A DNA stretch of 45,182 nucleotides from Archangium gephyra (lineage in GTDB: Bacteria > Armatimonadota > Fimbriimonadia > Fimbriimonadales > Fimbriimonadaceae): positions 1-45,182 of the forward strand of contig CALRVA020000001.1 of assembly GCA_943371495.1 (NCBI GenBank). Reading direction: 5' to 3'. The notes under the pieces were generated by a model. It was given only the letters and a program-made list of their open reading frames with translations. It was not told the DNA's origin and searched no databases. Shown here piece after piece: positions 27,128 through 37,843 of this stretch. The first letter of the stretch is position 1. Every line of letters starts with the position of its first letter. The position numbers and the translations under genes are program-made.

Positions 27128-28114
27128 ATGGTCTTGGTGGTGGGCGGTGCCGGGTACATCGGGTCGGCGTTTGCGCGGCAGCTCAAGGCCGCCGGCACCC
27201 CGCACGTCATCTACGACAACCTGGAAGCGGGCCACCCGGAGTCCGTCCCCTACACCCGCGTCATCCCCGGTGACACCCGCGATCCCGGCCGCCTGCAGCG
27301 CGTGATGCGGGAGCACAAGGTGACCACGGTAGCGCACTTTGCCGCCCATATCGAGGTCGGCGAGGGCGAACGCGACCCCGCCCGGTTCTACGACAACAAC
27401 ACTTACGGCACCCTGTGCCTGCTGCAGGCCATGCGCGAGGTGGGGGTGGAGCAGCTCATTTTCAGCAGTACGGCGGCGGTTTACGGCGAGCCCGAAACCG
27501 TCCCCATCCCGGAAGACCACCCGCTCCGCCCCACCAGCGTGTACGGCCGCACCAAGCTGGCCAGCGAGCAGATGATCCGCGATTTCACGCGGGCGTACGG
27601 CCTGCGGCACGTCATTTTTCGGTACTTCAATGCGGCCGGGGCCGATGCCAATGGCCGCCACGGCGAGGCGCACCAGCCGGAATCTCACCTCATCCCGCTG
27701 TGCATCCAGGCGGCACTGGGTCAGCGCCCGGCGCTCAAGGTGTTTGGCGATGATTTTCCGACCCCCGATGGCACCTGCGTGCGCGACTACCTGCACACCG
27801 CCGACCTGGCCAGCGCGCACATCCGAGCGGTGGCGCACCTGCAAAAAGGCGGGGAATCGGCGACCTACAACCTCGGCACGGGCCGGGGCCACAGTGTTCG
27901 TGAGGTAATTGCCGCGGTGGGCGACGTGCTGGGCACCCCGGTACCGCACGAAGCCGCCCCGCGCCGCGCGGGTGACCCGGCCCAACTTGTGGCCAGCAGT
28001 GCGGCGATCCAGGCGGATTGGGGATGGACCCCCGCCCACAGCGATCTCACGGAAATTGTGAAATCGGCGGCGCAATGGCACCGCACCCACCCTTCGGGCT
28101 ACAAAGCAGGCTAG
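27128..28114 (+). CDS. galE: UDP-glucose 4-epimerase
   Basis: VVGGAGYIGS, HFAA, FSSTAAVYG, YGRTK, RYFNAAGA, TPDGTCVRDY, RRAGDP. Confidence 0.93.
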   Translation: MVLVVGGAGYIGSAFARQLKAAGTPHVIYDNLEAGHPESVPYTRVIPGDTRDPGRLQRVMREHKVTTVAHFAAHIEVGEGERDPARFYDNNTYGTLCLLQAMREVGVEQLIFSSTAAVYGEPETVPIPEDHPLRPTSVYGRTKLASEQMIRDFTRAYGLRHVIFRYFNAAGADANGRHGEAHQPESHLIPLCIQAALGQRPALKVFGDDFPTPDGTCVRDYLHTADLASAHIRAVAHLQKGGESATYNLGTGRGHSVREVIAAVGDVLGTPVPHEAAPRRAGDPAQLVASSAAIQADWGWTPAHSDLTEIVKSAAQWHRTHPSGYKAG

Positions 28115-28632
28115 GCGGGCGCGTAGGCCAGGCCGTGCACCCAAATGGCTTGGTCGCGCACTTCCACACGCTCGATGCGCATAGGGACGGGGAAGTCCTT
28201 CACGTCAAAAATCGGGTTGATGCGGTCCAGTTGACCTTCCACCAGCTTGCGGGCGTCAGCGCCCTTCACTTCGGCGCTCTGCAGCACCACCATCAGGCGC
28301 TGCTCGTCCTCCACCACCAGGGTCAGGTCGGCTTCCACCGGCACTTCAAAGAGAATTTTGGCGGTGGCGTTAATGCGGATGACCTCATTGGCGCAGGCCA
28401 CGGTAAAGCCCTTCAGGCCGCCGGGGGCCAGCTGATTGAGGTACTCGGCCACGCTGGTCTCTTCGATAATGGCCAGGATGCGGCCGGGCTGATCGAGGAA
28501 CAATCGGAAAGGATCGGTTTCGGCGCGAGCGGGGCCCGAGGTGAGCTGGACTTCGTCCACGCGGAGCCCCATCGGCAAAATAATCCCAAAGGCTTTGGCT
28601 TCGAGGCTTTGAAGGCGTACTTCGTCCGGCAT
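28111..28632 (-). CDS. Hypothetical protein, possibly DUF2993/LmeA-like lipid-binding
   Basis: Beta-rich ORF ending INPIFDVKDFPVPMRIERVEV. Start set at MPDEV because the upstream part overlaps the opposite gene. Confidence 0.55.
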   Translation of the reverse strand: MPDEVRLQSLEAKAFGIILPMGLRVDEVQLTSGPARAETDPFRLFLDQPGRILAIIEETSVAEYLNQLAPGGLKGFTVACANEVIRINATAKILFEVPVEADLTLVVEDEQRLMVVLQSAEVKGADARKLVEGQLDRINPIFDVKDFPVPMRIERVEVRDQAIWVHGLAYAPA

Positions 28633-28648
28633 TTTCGGTACCCTGTAA

Positions 28649-30115
28649 ATGATGATGACGGCCCTCGCTCTCGCCTCGGTGCTGACAGCCCTACCATCCA
28701 CCGGTAGCACCAGCTCTAGCATAAACCCCGTGTTGCCCCGCGAGTTCCGCGCGGCGTGGGTGGCCACGGTCGCCAACATCGACTACCCGAGCAAGCCGGG
28801 ACTGCCGACGGACCAACAACAAGCCGAACTGAAGCGGATTGTAGACGCGAGCAAGAACATCGGCCTCAACGCCATCGTCTTCCAGATTCGCCCGCACGGC
28901 GATGCGCTCTACAAGAGCCCGCACGAACCCTGGAGCTACTATCTCACCGGCCAGCAGGGGCGCGCCCCCAGCCCGGCGTGGGATCCGCTCTCGTGGCTGG
29001 TGGAATACGCCCACCAAAAGGGAATCGAAGTCCACGTGTGGTTCAACCCCTACCGCGCCAACCACAGCGCGCAGAAGGGGCCTCAATCGAGCAATCACGT
29101 CTCCCAAACTTTGAAGCCGTACGTGTACAAGTACGGCACCTTCGAGTGGATGGACCCGGGGGCCAAGCAAGTGCAGGACCACTCATTCAAGGTCTTTATG
29201 GACGTGGTGGAGCGCTACGACGTGGACGGCATCCACATTGACGACTATTTCTATCCCTACCCGGTGCGGGAGAATGGCCTAGAAGTACCGTTCCCGGATG
29301 CGGCGACTTATGCGGCCTACCAGCGCTCGGGTGGTCGGATGTCGCGAAGTGACTGGCGCCGGCACAACGTGGACGTGTTCATCGAGCGGGTCTACAAGGG
29401 CATCAAGCAGCGCAAGCCGTGGGTTAAGTTCGGCATCAGCCCGTTTGGGATCTATCGGCCGGGCACGCCCGCCGGGATTCAGGCCGGGATTGACCAATAC
29501 GAGGCCCTGAGTGCGGACGCTCTGAAGTGGTTCCAAGAGGGATGGTGTGACTATTACACGCCGCAGCTTTACTGGCCGATTGAGCAGACCCCGCAGAGCT
29601 TCCCGGTGCTTTTGAACTGGTGGAACTCGGTGAACACCAAGAAGCGGCACCTGTGGCCGGGTCTCTACACCAGCCGGACCAACCCTGCCGATGGCAACTG
29701 GAAGGCGAGCCAAGTGGAGCGGCAGATCGGCCTCATTCGCTCTAAGGGCGAGAACATGGGGCACGTGCACTTCAGCATGAAGTCGTTGCTCAATGACTGG
29801 AACGGCGTGCGCAAGGCGTTGCAGCAGAATGTCTACTTGGAGCCCGCCGCGCCGCCAGCCTCCCCGTGGTTGGATAACACCGCCCCGGGCGCTCCCACGG
29901 TGACGCGCTCGGGCTCGATCTATCGCATGCGGTCGGTCGATCGTGACATTCGGTGGTACGCCGTGATGGCGAAGGTCAATGACGACTGGCGCGTGGTGTA
30001 CATGGGTTCCCAGCCGACGTTTGATGCCTCGCGCGTGGCCAGCGGGACGCCGATGGCATTCTTCGCCCTGGACCGCACCTACAACAGCAGCAAGCCCGCG
30101 ATCATCAATCGCTGA
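28649..30115 (+). CDS. Glycosyl hydrolase-like 10 (YddW/DigH family)
   Basis: Signal peptide; REFRAAWVATVANIDYPS, VHVWFNPYR, YDVDGIHIDDYFYPYP, FGISPFGI, PQLYW. Confidence 0.9.
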   Translation: MMMTALALASVLTALPSTGSTSSSINPVLPREFRAAWVATVANIDYPSKPGLPTDQQQAELKRIVDASKNIGLNAIVFQIRPHGDALYKSPHEPWSYYLTGQQGRAPSPAWDPLSWLVEYAHQKGIEVHVWFNPYRANHSAQKGPQSSNHVSQTLKPYVYKYGTFEWMDPGAKQVQDHSFKVFMDVVERYDVDGIHIDDYFYPYPVRENGLEVPFPDAATYAAYQRSGGRMSRSDWRRHNVDVFIERVYKGIKQRKPWVKFGISPFGIYRPGTPAGIQAGIDQYEALSADALKWFQEGWCDYYTPQLYWPIEQTPQSFPVLLNWWNSVNTKKRHLWPGLYTSRTNPADGNWKASQVERQIGLIRSKGENMGHVHFSMKSLLNDWNGVRKALQQNVYLEPAAPPASPWLDNTAPGAPTVTRSGSIYRMRSVDRDIRWYAVMAKVNDDWRVVYMGSQPTFDASRVASGTPMAFFALDRTYNSSKPAIINR

Positions 30116-31355
30116 GCGGCTGGAACGGAAAGAGCCGAGGAAGATTGACCGTGAAGGTCGTCCCTCGGCCTTCTTCGCTACTCACCCGGATGGTGCCCTG
30201 GTGGCTCTCCACAATATGCCGGACGATGGCGAGCCCCAGCCCGGTGCCCCCGGTGGCGCGGCTGCGGCCTTTGTCCACGCGGTAGAAGCGTTCAAAGATA
30301 CGGTCGAGGTGCTCCGCGGGGATGCCCATGCCGGTGTCGGTGACGGAGAGGGTGACCTCTTGCGGGCTTTCTTCCACCCGCACCACCACTTCGCCTTCGC
30401 TCGTGTAGTTCACGGCGTTGTCCACCAGGTTGTAAATCACCTGGGTGAGTTGCGCTTCGTTGCCGAGGGTTGAACCTAGCGGCACGGTTTCCAGGCGGAT
30501 CGTAAGGTTCTTGGCGGCGGCTTTTGTTTGGAGCTGCTGCACGGTGTGGTGGCAAAGCTCGGAGAGATCCACCCGGCCGAGATTGGGTTCCTGGCTTTCC
30601 GCCTTGGCCAGGGTGAGCAAGTCATCTGAGATAGCGGTGAGGCGGTCCACTTCCGAGACAATCCGCCCGAGGAATCGGCTGCGCACTTCCACATCATCGG
30701 GGTCGTCGGCGATGGTCTCCGTCATGGTCCGGATGGTGGTCAGCGGCGTGCGCAACTCGTGCGAGACGTTGGCGACGAAGTCCCGCCGAATGCGCTCCAA
30801 GCGCCGGAGTTCGGTGACGTCTTCGAGGATGAGGTAGGTGCGATGGGATTCCTCATCGGCATCCTGCCAGGTGCGGGCGAGGACGGTGCGCACACGGGGG
30901 TAATCCAGCGAGAACTCGTCATCGAGAGGCACCCCTTCCTGCGGGGCTTCGCTTACAAACTGGATGAGGTCAGGGCTTTGCACCACGTCGGCCAGATTCC
31001 GTCCGACGGCCCCGTACGACTGGAACATCCCCTCGGCGCGCGGGTTGGCGAAGACGATGAGCCCACCTTCGGTGACTTCAAAAATGGCGAGATCCAGGCC
31101 ATCGGCAAGGCCTGCGTACTCCCGGTCCACTTGGAGAGCGCGTTCGCGCAGATCGAGGTCCGCGACCGGGGCGGGTCGCTTGCGGACTTGGGCCGTGAGG
31201 GCGATGCCGGCTCCGCCCAAGAGCCCGGCCCCTAGCCAAAGGGGAGACTGGGCGACCGGGATGAAGGCGCCCGCGGCACCTAGCACGACTCCTCCGGCGA
31301 TTGCGCCGAGCCCCCAGGGTTTTGGCACCGTATTGGTCTTGGCCCGCTTGCGCAC
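30105..31355 (-). CDS. PhoR-like PAS sensor histidine kinase
   Basis: FVANVSHELRTPLT, NLVDNAVNY, DTGMGI, FERFYRVDKGRSRATGGTGLGL. GTG at 31355 has TACACT 6 nt upstream. Confidence 0.9.
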   Translation of the reverse strand: MRKRAKTNTVPKPWGLGAIAGGVVLGAAGAFIPVAQSPLWLGAGLLGGAGIALTAQVRKRPAPVADLDLRERALQVDREYAGLADGLDLAIFEVTEGGLIVFANPRAEGMFQSYGAVGRNLADVVQSPDLIQFVSEAPQEGVPLDDEFSLDYPRVRTVLARTWQDADEESHRTYLILEDVTELRRLERIRRDFVANVSHELRTPLTTIRTMTETIADDPDDVEVRSRFLGRIVSEVDRLTAISDDLLTLAKAESQEPNLGRVDLSELCHHTVQQLQTKAAAKNLTIRLETVPLGSTLGNEAQLTQVIYNLVDNAVNYTSEGEVVVRVEESPQEVTLSVTDTGMGIPAEHLDRIFERFYRVDKGRSRATGGTGLGLAIVRHIVESHQGTIRVSSEEGRGTTFTVNLPRLFPFQPLSD

Positions 31356-31382
31356 GGTGGGAGTGTAATCTATGGGGCACCC

Positions 31383-31721
31383 ATGAAGAGGATCCAGGCC
31401 CTGATTCGCACCAACCAGCTTGAGGATGTGCTGCTGGCGCTTGAGGACGTGGGCCAACTAGGTGTGAGCGTGGAGAGCACGCGCGGCTACGGGCGGCAGC
31501 AGGGGCAGAACGAGACCCTGCGGGGCTCGACCTACGCTCTGAATTTGGTGCCCAAGACGTGCCTGGAAATTGTGACCACGGATGAGAAGGCCCCGGACGT
31601 GATCGAGGCGATCCAGTCGGCGGCGCGGACGGGCGAACTGGGGGATGGGAAAATCTTTGTGAGCGAAGTGCTGACGGCAATCCGGATTCGGACGGGCGAA
31701 CAGGGCGACGACGCCCTTTAG
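31383..31721 (+). CDS. glnB: P-II family nitrogen regulatory protein
   Basis: 112 aa; GYGRQ, T-loop RGSTY (Tyr51), PK58, TGELGDGKIFV, IRIRTGE. glnB versus glnK cannot be resolved. Confidence 0.88.
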   Translation: MKRIQALIRTNQLEDVLLALEDVGQLGVSVESTRGYGRQQGQNETLRGSTYALNLVPKTCLEIVTTDEKAPDVIEAIQSAARTGELGDGKIFVSEVLTAIRIRTGEQGDDAL

Positions 31722-31725
31722 CGAT

Positions 31726-32262
31726 CTACTGGCCCACGGGCGTGCCCATGGGGCCGCCGAGCGAACTCAGTCGGATGGCCGAGACGTGCAGGCTGGGGTG
31801 AGCGCGCCAGGCCTCGGCGGCGGCGATGAGGTCGGGGACTATTTGAACCTCGACGCCATCCTCATTGGCGGCCTGGGGTAAGTCGGTGAGCCAGCGCCCC
31901 GCCGTGGGGGTTTGAGAGACTTCACTGATCCAGCACCCGTGGTCGCCGGTGTCTTGCCAGCCGTCGTCTCCTTCAAAAGTGTATTCATAGATCTGCCCCG
32001 ACCGCCAAAGCTCGGCCTGGGAGGCATCTACCAAGATCAGCATCCGTCTCGAGGTATTGTCCACCAGGGCGGCTTGGTCATCTGTGGTTGTATGGGGCGT
32101 GCACCAGATGCCGACGCGGGCGCAATCGCGCGGGAAAAAGTACAGCCCTCGGTGCTCGGCATCAATGGCGTACACCCGCGGCGGAGAGTTCGGATGGCGC
32201 AGGGGAGCACGAGGATGAAAGACCTCAATGGCGTCATGCTCGCTGTAGTGGTATCGCAACAT
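31726..32262 (-). CDS. DUF6886-like hypothetical protein
   Basis: YHYSEH..IEVFHPR, VYAID, YFFPRDCARV, HVSAIRL; start at ATG 32262. Confidence 0.65.
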   Translation of the reverse strand: MLRYHYSEHDAIEVFHPRAPLRHPNSPPRVYAIDAEHRGLYFFPRDCARVGIWCTPHTTTDDQAALVDNTSRRMLILVDASQAELWRSGQIYEYTFEGDDGWQDTGDHGCWISEVSQTPTAGRWLTDLPQAANEDGVEVQIVPDLIAAAEAWRAHPSLHVSAIRLSSLGGPMGTPVGQ

Positions 32263-32304
32263 GCCCCGCTCGCCCCTGTGATGAAACCACAATAGAAGCG
32301 GCCC

Positions 32305-32793
32305 ATGGCGCGATTCAAGAACTTTAGCCAATGGAAGGGGCGGTGGCCGCACTGGCGCGCCGATGGCGAGACGTATTACGTCAGTTTTCGGCATCGTCGG
32401 CCCTTGGAACCCGAGGAGCAGCAGACCCTGTTCCGAGCCCTGCTTATTGGTACGAGGCGACTGGATGTGGTGGTTTTGGCCGTGTTTCCCGACCGTACCG
32501 AGTGCCTGGGGCGGCCCATCGCGGACGACGAAGGGTACGAATCCGAGCTGAGCGACGAGATTGAAAAAGCCAAGCGACGAGCCGCCAAGGCGATTCTCAA
32601 GCGGAGCGGGGAGCGTTTTCCGCCATACGGCTCGGAGTCCTTTGATCGCATCATGCGCGACGAAATGGAGTTGCAAACCTATTTCGACGCCATCATCGAG
32701 CGGCCCGAGCGGGAAGGTTGGACCGCTGACGCCGAAGAATACGAGTGGCTTTTTGTGGCTGACAGTCCCGATTCCGCCCCCGAACGCAACTGA
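32305..32793 (+). CDS. Degenerate REP-associated tyrosine transposase (Y1/IS200-like) homologue
   Basis: PHWRADGETYYVSFR, AVFPD, ESFDRIMRDE, EEYEW match RAYT blocks, but the HUH His residues and catalytic Tyr are absent. Confidence 0.7.
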   Translation: MARFKNFSQWKGRWPHWRADGETYYVSFRHRRPLEPEEQQTLFRALLIGTRRLDVVVLAVFPDRTECLGRPIADDEGYESELSDEIEKAKRRAAKAILKRSGERFPPYGSESFDRIMRDEMELQTYFDAIIERPEREGWTADAEEYEWLFVADSPDSAPERN

Positions 32794-32814
32794 CTTCCTT
32801 CAAAATACGTCTAC

Positions 32815-32849
32815 TTGACTGTAAGACACTCAAGATATTTGAGTGAGAT
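32815..32849 (+). promoter_or_regulatory. TTGACT -35-like hexamer followed by CIRCE-like (HrcA) operator
   Basis: AAGACACTC-N9-GAGTGAGAT versus consensus TTAGCACTC-N9-GAGTGCTAA, immediately upstream of dnaK. Confidence 0.7.
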
Positions 32850-32858
32850 AAGGAAGAT

Positions 32859-34766
<1,908 letters not shown>

Positions 34767-34784
34767 GTCCGCCCGACGTAAAGC

Positions 34785-34820
34785 AAAACTCCCTCCTGGC
34801 AACAGCCGGGAGGGAGTTTT
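34785..34820. terminator. Bidirectional intrinsic terminator between dnaK and dnaN
   Basis: AAAACTCCCTCC-TGGC-AACA-GCCG-GGAGGGAGTTTT. Confidence 0.85.
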
Positions 34821-34838
34821 CTTGTGTCAGTCCTTAGC

Positions 34839-35939
34839 TTAGCCAAGTGCCATCGGCATGACCACGCAGAAGCGGTCTTCACCGCCTTCCACGGGGCGAA
34901 CAACTGCCGAGCGGCTCGCTTCCGTCATTTCGGTGCGCACGCCTTCGCTGTCAAAGGAGCTGAGGGCATCCATGATGAACTTCACGTTAAAGGCGATGTC
35001 GATGTCGCCGTTCTGCGAGATCATCGGCACTTCTTCCTTGGCCGTTCCGCGCTCCTCACTGCGGGCGCTGATGACGACCTTGTCGCCTTGGCCGCTGAGG
35101 GTGACGCGGTTGGAGTTATCACGCGCCAAGATGGCGGCGCGCTTGAGGTTGTCAAAGAATTCCTTGCGGTCCATCGTCCACTGGCGGGTGAACTCGCTGG
35201 GGACCACGCGCTGCCAGTTCGGGTAGTTGCCATCCAAGAGTTGCGAAACGACTTGGGCGGTACCTACGTCCACGCTCATGCGGATGCCGTCGAAGCGGAT
35301 CGCAATCTCTTCATCGCCCGGCACGGGGAGGTTGCGGATGGTCTTGAGGGCCTTTTCAGGCACGATGTAATTCAGGTCACTGCCCACACCTTCGCGGTGC
35401 ACGCGGTTTACGGCCAAGCGGTGGGTGTCGGTGGCCACCAGGGTCAGGGTGCGGCCATCGTAATTCATCAGCACGCCGGTCAGCACGCCCCGGGTCGTGT
35501 CGCTGCTCACGGCGTAGGTCACGGCGTCAAGGCTCACTTGCAGCAAGCTCATGGGCAGGCTGAGTTCGCCGGTGCTGGGCACGTCGGGGATGCCCGGGAA
35601 GAGGTCCGCCGGGGTGGCAAACAGCTTCCATTCCGATTGGCCACCTTCAATGACCAGGCTGGTCCCGCTGAGTTGGAGGGTGACTTGCTCATCCGGCAAG
35701 GCACCCACCACCTCGGTCAAAAAGCGGGTCTGCACGCAAATCTCACCTTCCACCTCGATGCTGGCGGGCAGATAGGCTTGCGCCCACATTTCCCCGTCGC
35801 ACCCTAGGAGCGTCAGCTTGCCATCGGCCAGCGTCATGCGAATGGACATGAGCGCCGGTTGAGTGGACCGAGCTGAGCTAGCCGACGCCGCAATGCTGAG
35901 GGCGTCGTTGAGTTCTTTGCGAGAGACCGTCGCTTTCAT
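34839..35939 (-). CDS. dnaN: DNA polymerase III beta sliding clamp
   Basis: 366 aa; LTGV, LVATDTHRLA, SQLLDGNYPNW, IAFNVKFIMDAL, VVMPM. Confidence 0.96.
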   Translation of the reverse strand: MKATVSRKELNDALSIAASASSARSTQPALMSIRMTLADGKLTLLGCDGEMWAQAYLPASIEVEGEICVQTRFLTEVVGALPDEQVTLQLSGTSLVIEGGQSEWKLFATPADLFPGIPDVPSTGELSLPMSLLQVSLDAVTYAVSSDTTRGVLTGVLMNYDGRTLTLVATDTHRLAVNRVHREGVGSDLNYIVPEKALKTIRNLPVPGDEEIAIRFDGIRMSVDVGTAQVVSQLLDGNYPNWQRVVPSEFTRQWTMDRKEFFDNLKRAAILARDNSNRVTLSGQGDKVVISARSEERGTAKEEVPMISQNGDIDIAFNVKFIMDALSSFDSEGVRTEMTEASRSAVVRPVEGGEDRFCVVMPMALG

Positions 35940-35951
35940 AGTGATTAATCG

Positions 35952-36236
35952 TTATCCTTCGAGAGGGAATTGATACTGCCAGTAGGCAGGCTGGGGGGCC
36001 TCGGTGCGGGGTGTAACTCCGCTCTGAATGAGGCGTTGCAAAATACGCTCGTACCCGGCCTCGCCCAATTGGGGTCGGTCTATGGACTGGATTGCCTCAA
36101 CAGTTCGCGCAAGCGTGAGCATGTCGTGGGCCAGTTCCGGGTCTCCAAACGCTTCAGCTTCGAGTGCCTCCCTGGCTTCCGAATCCAGTTCATTGCTCGC
36201 GTAGAGGTCAATGAGCTGTCGCTGTAGTTCCGTCAT
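35952..36236 (-). CDS. Small putative anti-sigma factor
   Basis: Overlaps the ECF stop by 4 bp; LIDLYASNELDSEAREALEA resembles an anti-sigma N-terminal domain without Zn ligands. Confidence 0.6.
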   Translation of the reverse strand: MTELQRQLIDLYASNELDSEAREALEAEAFGDPELAHDMLTLARTVEAIQSIDRPQLGEAGYERILQRLIQSGVTPRTEAPQPAYWQYQFPLEG

Positions 36237-36799
36237 TTGATGTTCTCCTTAACTTTCGGTTGGTTTGGTTGTTTTTCTGTAAGTCGATCGCGCAGGGCTC
36301 GTCGGCCTCGGTAGAGGCGCGATTTGAGCGCGGGCACGCTGATTTCCAGAATATCGGCGGCTTCTTTGGCGGGCAGCTCTTCCAGATCGCAGAGGATCAA
36401 GGGCTCTCGGTATTCCACCGGGAGTTGATCCAGCGCCTGGTGAACCATCACCTTGAGGGCCGTCTTTTCTTCGGGACCTGCGTAATGCGCGTCGGAAGGC
36501 AGTTCAAGCAGTTTGTGCTGCCGCATCTTGTCCACGCAGAGGTTGCGTGCAATGCGGAACACCCACGTTTTGAACGCGCCATCGGCACGCAAATCGCGCG
36601 AATATCTCAGCACCCGCAAAAAGGTTTCGGCGGTGGCATCCTCCGCATCCGTCCGATTGCCGAGCATTCGGTAGGTGAAGCGGAAGATCTTGTCGCTATA
36701 CAGTTCATATAGCCCACCAATCGCCGAGTGGTCGCCATTGGCAAGAGCCGTTAGCCACCGCTTTTCTGCGACCGAGTCATCCGTTTGGTTTCCCGACAT
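36233..36799 (-). CDS. ECF-type RNA polymerase sigma factor
   Basis: DAEDATAETFLRV, FKTWVFRIARNLCVD, LDQLP..YREPLIL, VPALKSRLYRGR. Confidence 0.93.
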   Translation of the reverse strand: MSGNQTDDSVAEKRWLTALANGDHSAIGGLYELYSDKIFRFTYRMLGNRTDAEDATAETFLRVLRYSRDLRADGAFKTWVFRIARNLCVDKMRQHKLLELPSDAHYAGPEEKTALKVMVHQALDQLPVEYREPLILCDLEELPAKEAADILEISVPALKSRLYRGRRALRDRLTEKQPNQPKVKENIK

Positions 36800-36882
36800 A
36801 TCAAGACGAAGAACACCCGTGAAAGGGCGCAGGTAGGTTCTACCCGATAGGTCCGGGGGAAACTTCTTAAGCCACCAAAAGC

Positions 36883-37632
36883 CTAAAGGGTGTTGAGACG
36901 AATGAAGGTGATCTGCGGGGCTTCGGCGGGGGTCGCCGCGCCTTCGGTGCCCGAAAGAAGGGCGATATAGATGCCGCCCGTGAGGTTGATGGTGGCGGTG
37001 CCGTAGACCGATTCGCCATCACTGCGCTTGATCTGCCAGGTGTTGGTGCCAGCGGCGATATCCAGTGTGCCCGTTTCGCCAAAGGCCAGATCGCGGATGG
37101 CGTAAGTCGGGTTATCGCCCGGGGTTTGCAGGGTTACGTTCGGCGTGAACGATCCGGCTTGGCGATTGAAGCCCTGGAGGGCAATGATCCGCACGGTGCT
37201 GCCACCGAGGGCATTGCGTTCAACTGGGATGAGCACCTGGCGGAGACGCTTGATCTCTTCACCTGGGCCAAAGTTGCGCTGACCAATGGCCGCCACCACG
37301 GTGTGCGTGTTGCGGGCAAATTCTTGCTCTTCGGCGTCGAATTGCTCGCTGAGGTCATCGGAGGAGGTGACGACGTCGTAGGCTTCGTCGGCCGTCGAAA
37401 TGAACTCGGTCGGCTTGAAATCCGCCATGGCGGCCCCGGGAGCCACGGCACCGGAGAAGTCCACATTGTTGAGCAGAAGCCGCAGGTTGCCCGCATCGCG
37501 CGAGCCGTTGATGAAGAGCACGGTCGGGTCGGGCAACAGGGACGTTGAGGTGTTGCCGCCGCATCCGGCCAGCATCATGGCGGTCAAAAGTGCCCCGGCC
37601 ATGCCAAATCCCTGCGCGCGATGCTTCATCAT
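36883..37632 (-). CDS. Lipoprotein, DUF4397-like
   Basis: Lipobox LAGC; VLFINGSRDAG and VRIIALQGF beta-sandwich repeats. Confidence 0.7.
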   Translation of the reverse strand: MMKHRAQGFGMAGALLTAMMLAGCGGNTSTSLLPDPTVLFINGSRDAGNLRLLLNNVDFSGAVAPGAAMADFKPTEFISTADEAYDVVTSSDDLSEQFDAEEQEFARNTHTVVAAIGQRNFGPGEEIKRLRQVLIPVERNALGGSTVRIIALQGFNRQAGSFTPNVTLQTPGDNPTYAIRDLAFGETGTLDIAAGTNTWQIKRSDGESVYGTATINLTGGIYIALLSGTEGAATPAEAPQITFIRLNTL

Positions 37633-37639
37633 CTCCGGC

Positions 37640-37840
37640 TCAAGATACCTGATGCGAGTTCTCGTTAGGACTCGTAAGGGGTACGGGTTCCTTCACGAGG
37701 GCGTGAGTAGGCCCTCCCGAAGACACGGAAGATTTGGCTTTGCGGTCGTCAAAGGCCACGTAGCATTCCGGGCAACCCAAGAGTCCGGTGCGCTCGAAGT
37801 CTTGGGTTGTCCAGTGGCAGTGCGGGCAGGTGCGTCGCAA
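37640..37840 (-). CDS. Small McsA-like zinc-finger protein
   Basis: CPHC..TTQDFERTGLLGCPECYVAF matches the second Zn finger of McsA; begins 4 bp after the ilvE stop; TTG start. Confidence 0.55.
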   Translation of the reverse strand: MRRTCPHCHWTTQDFERTGLLGCPECYVAFDDRKAKSSVSSGGPTHALVKEPVPLTSPNENSHQVS

Positions 37841-37843
37841 GGC

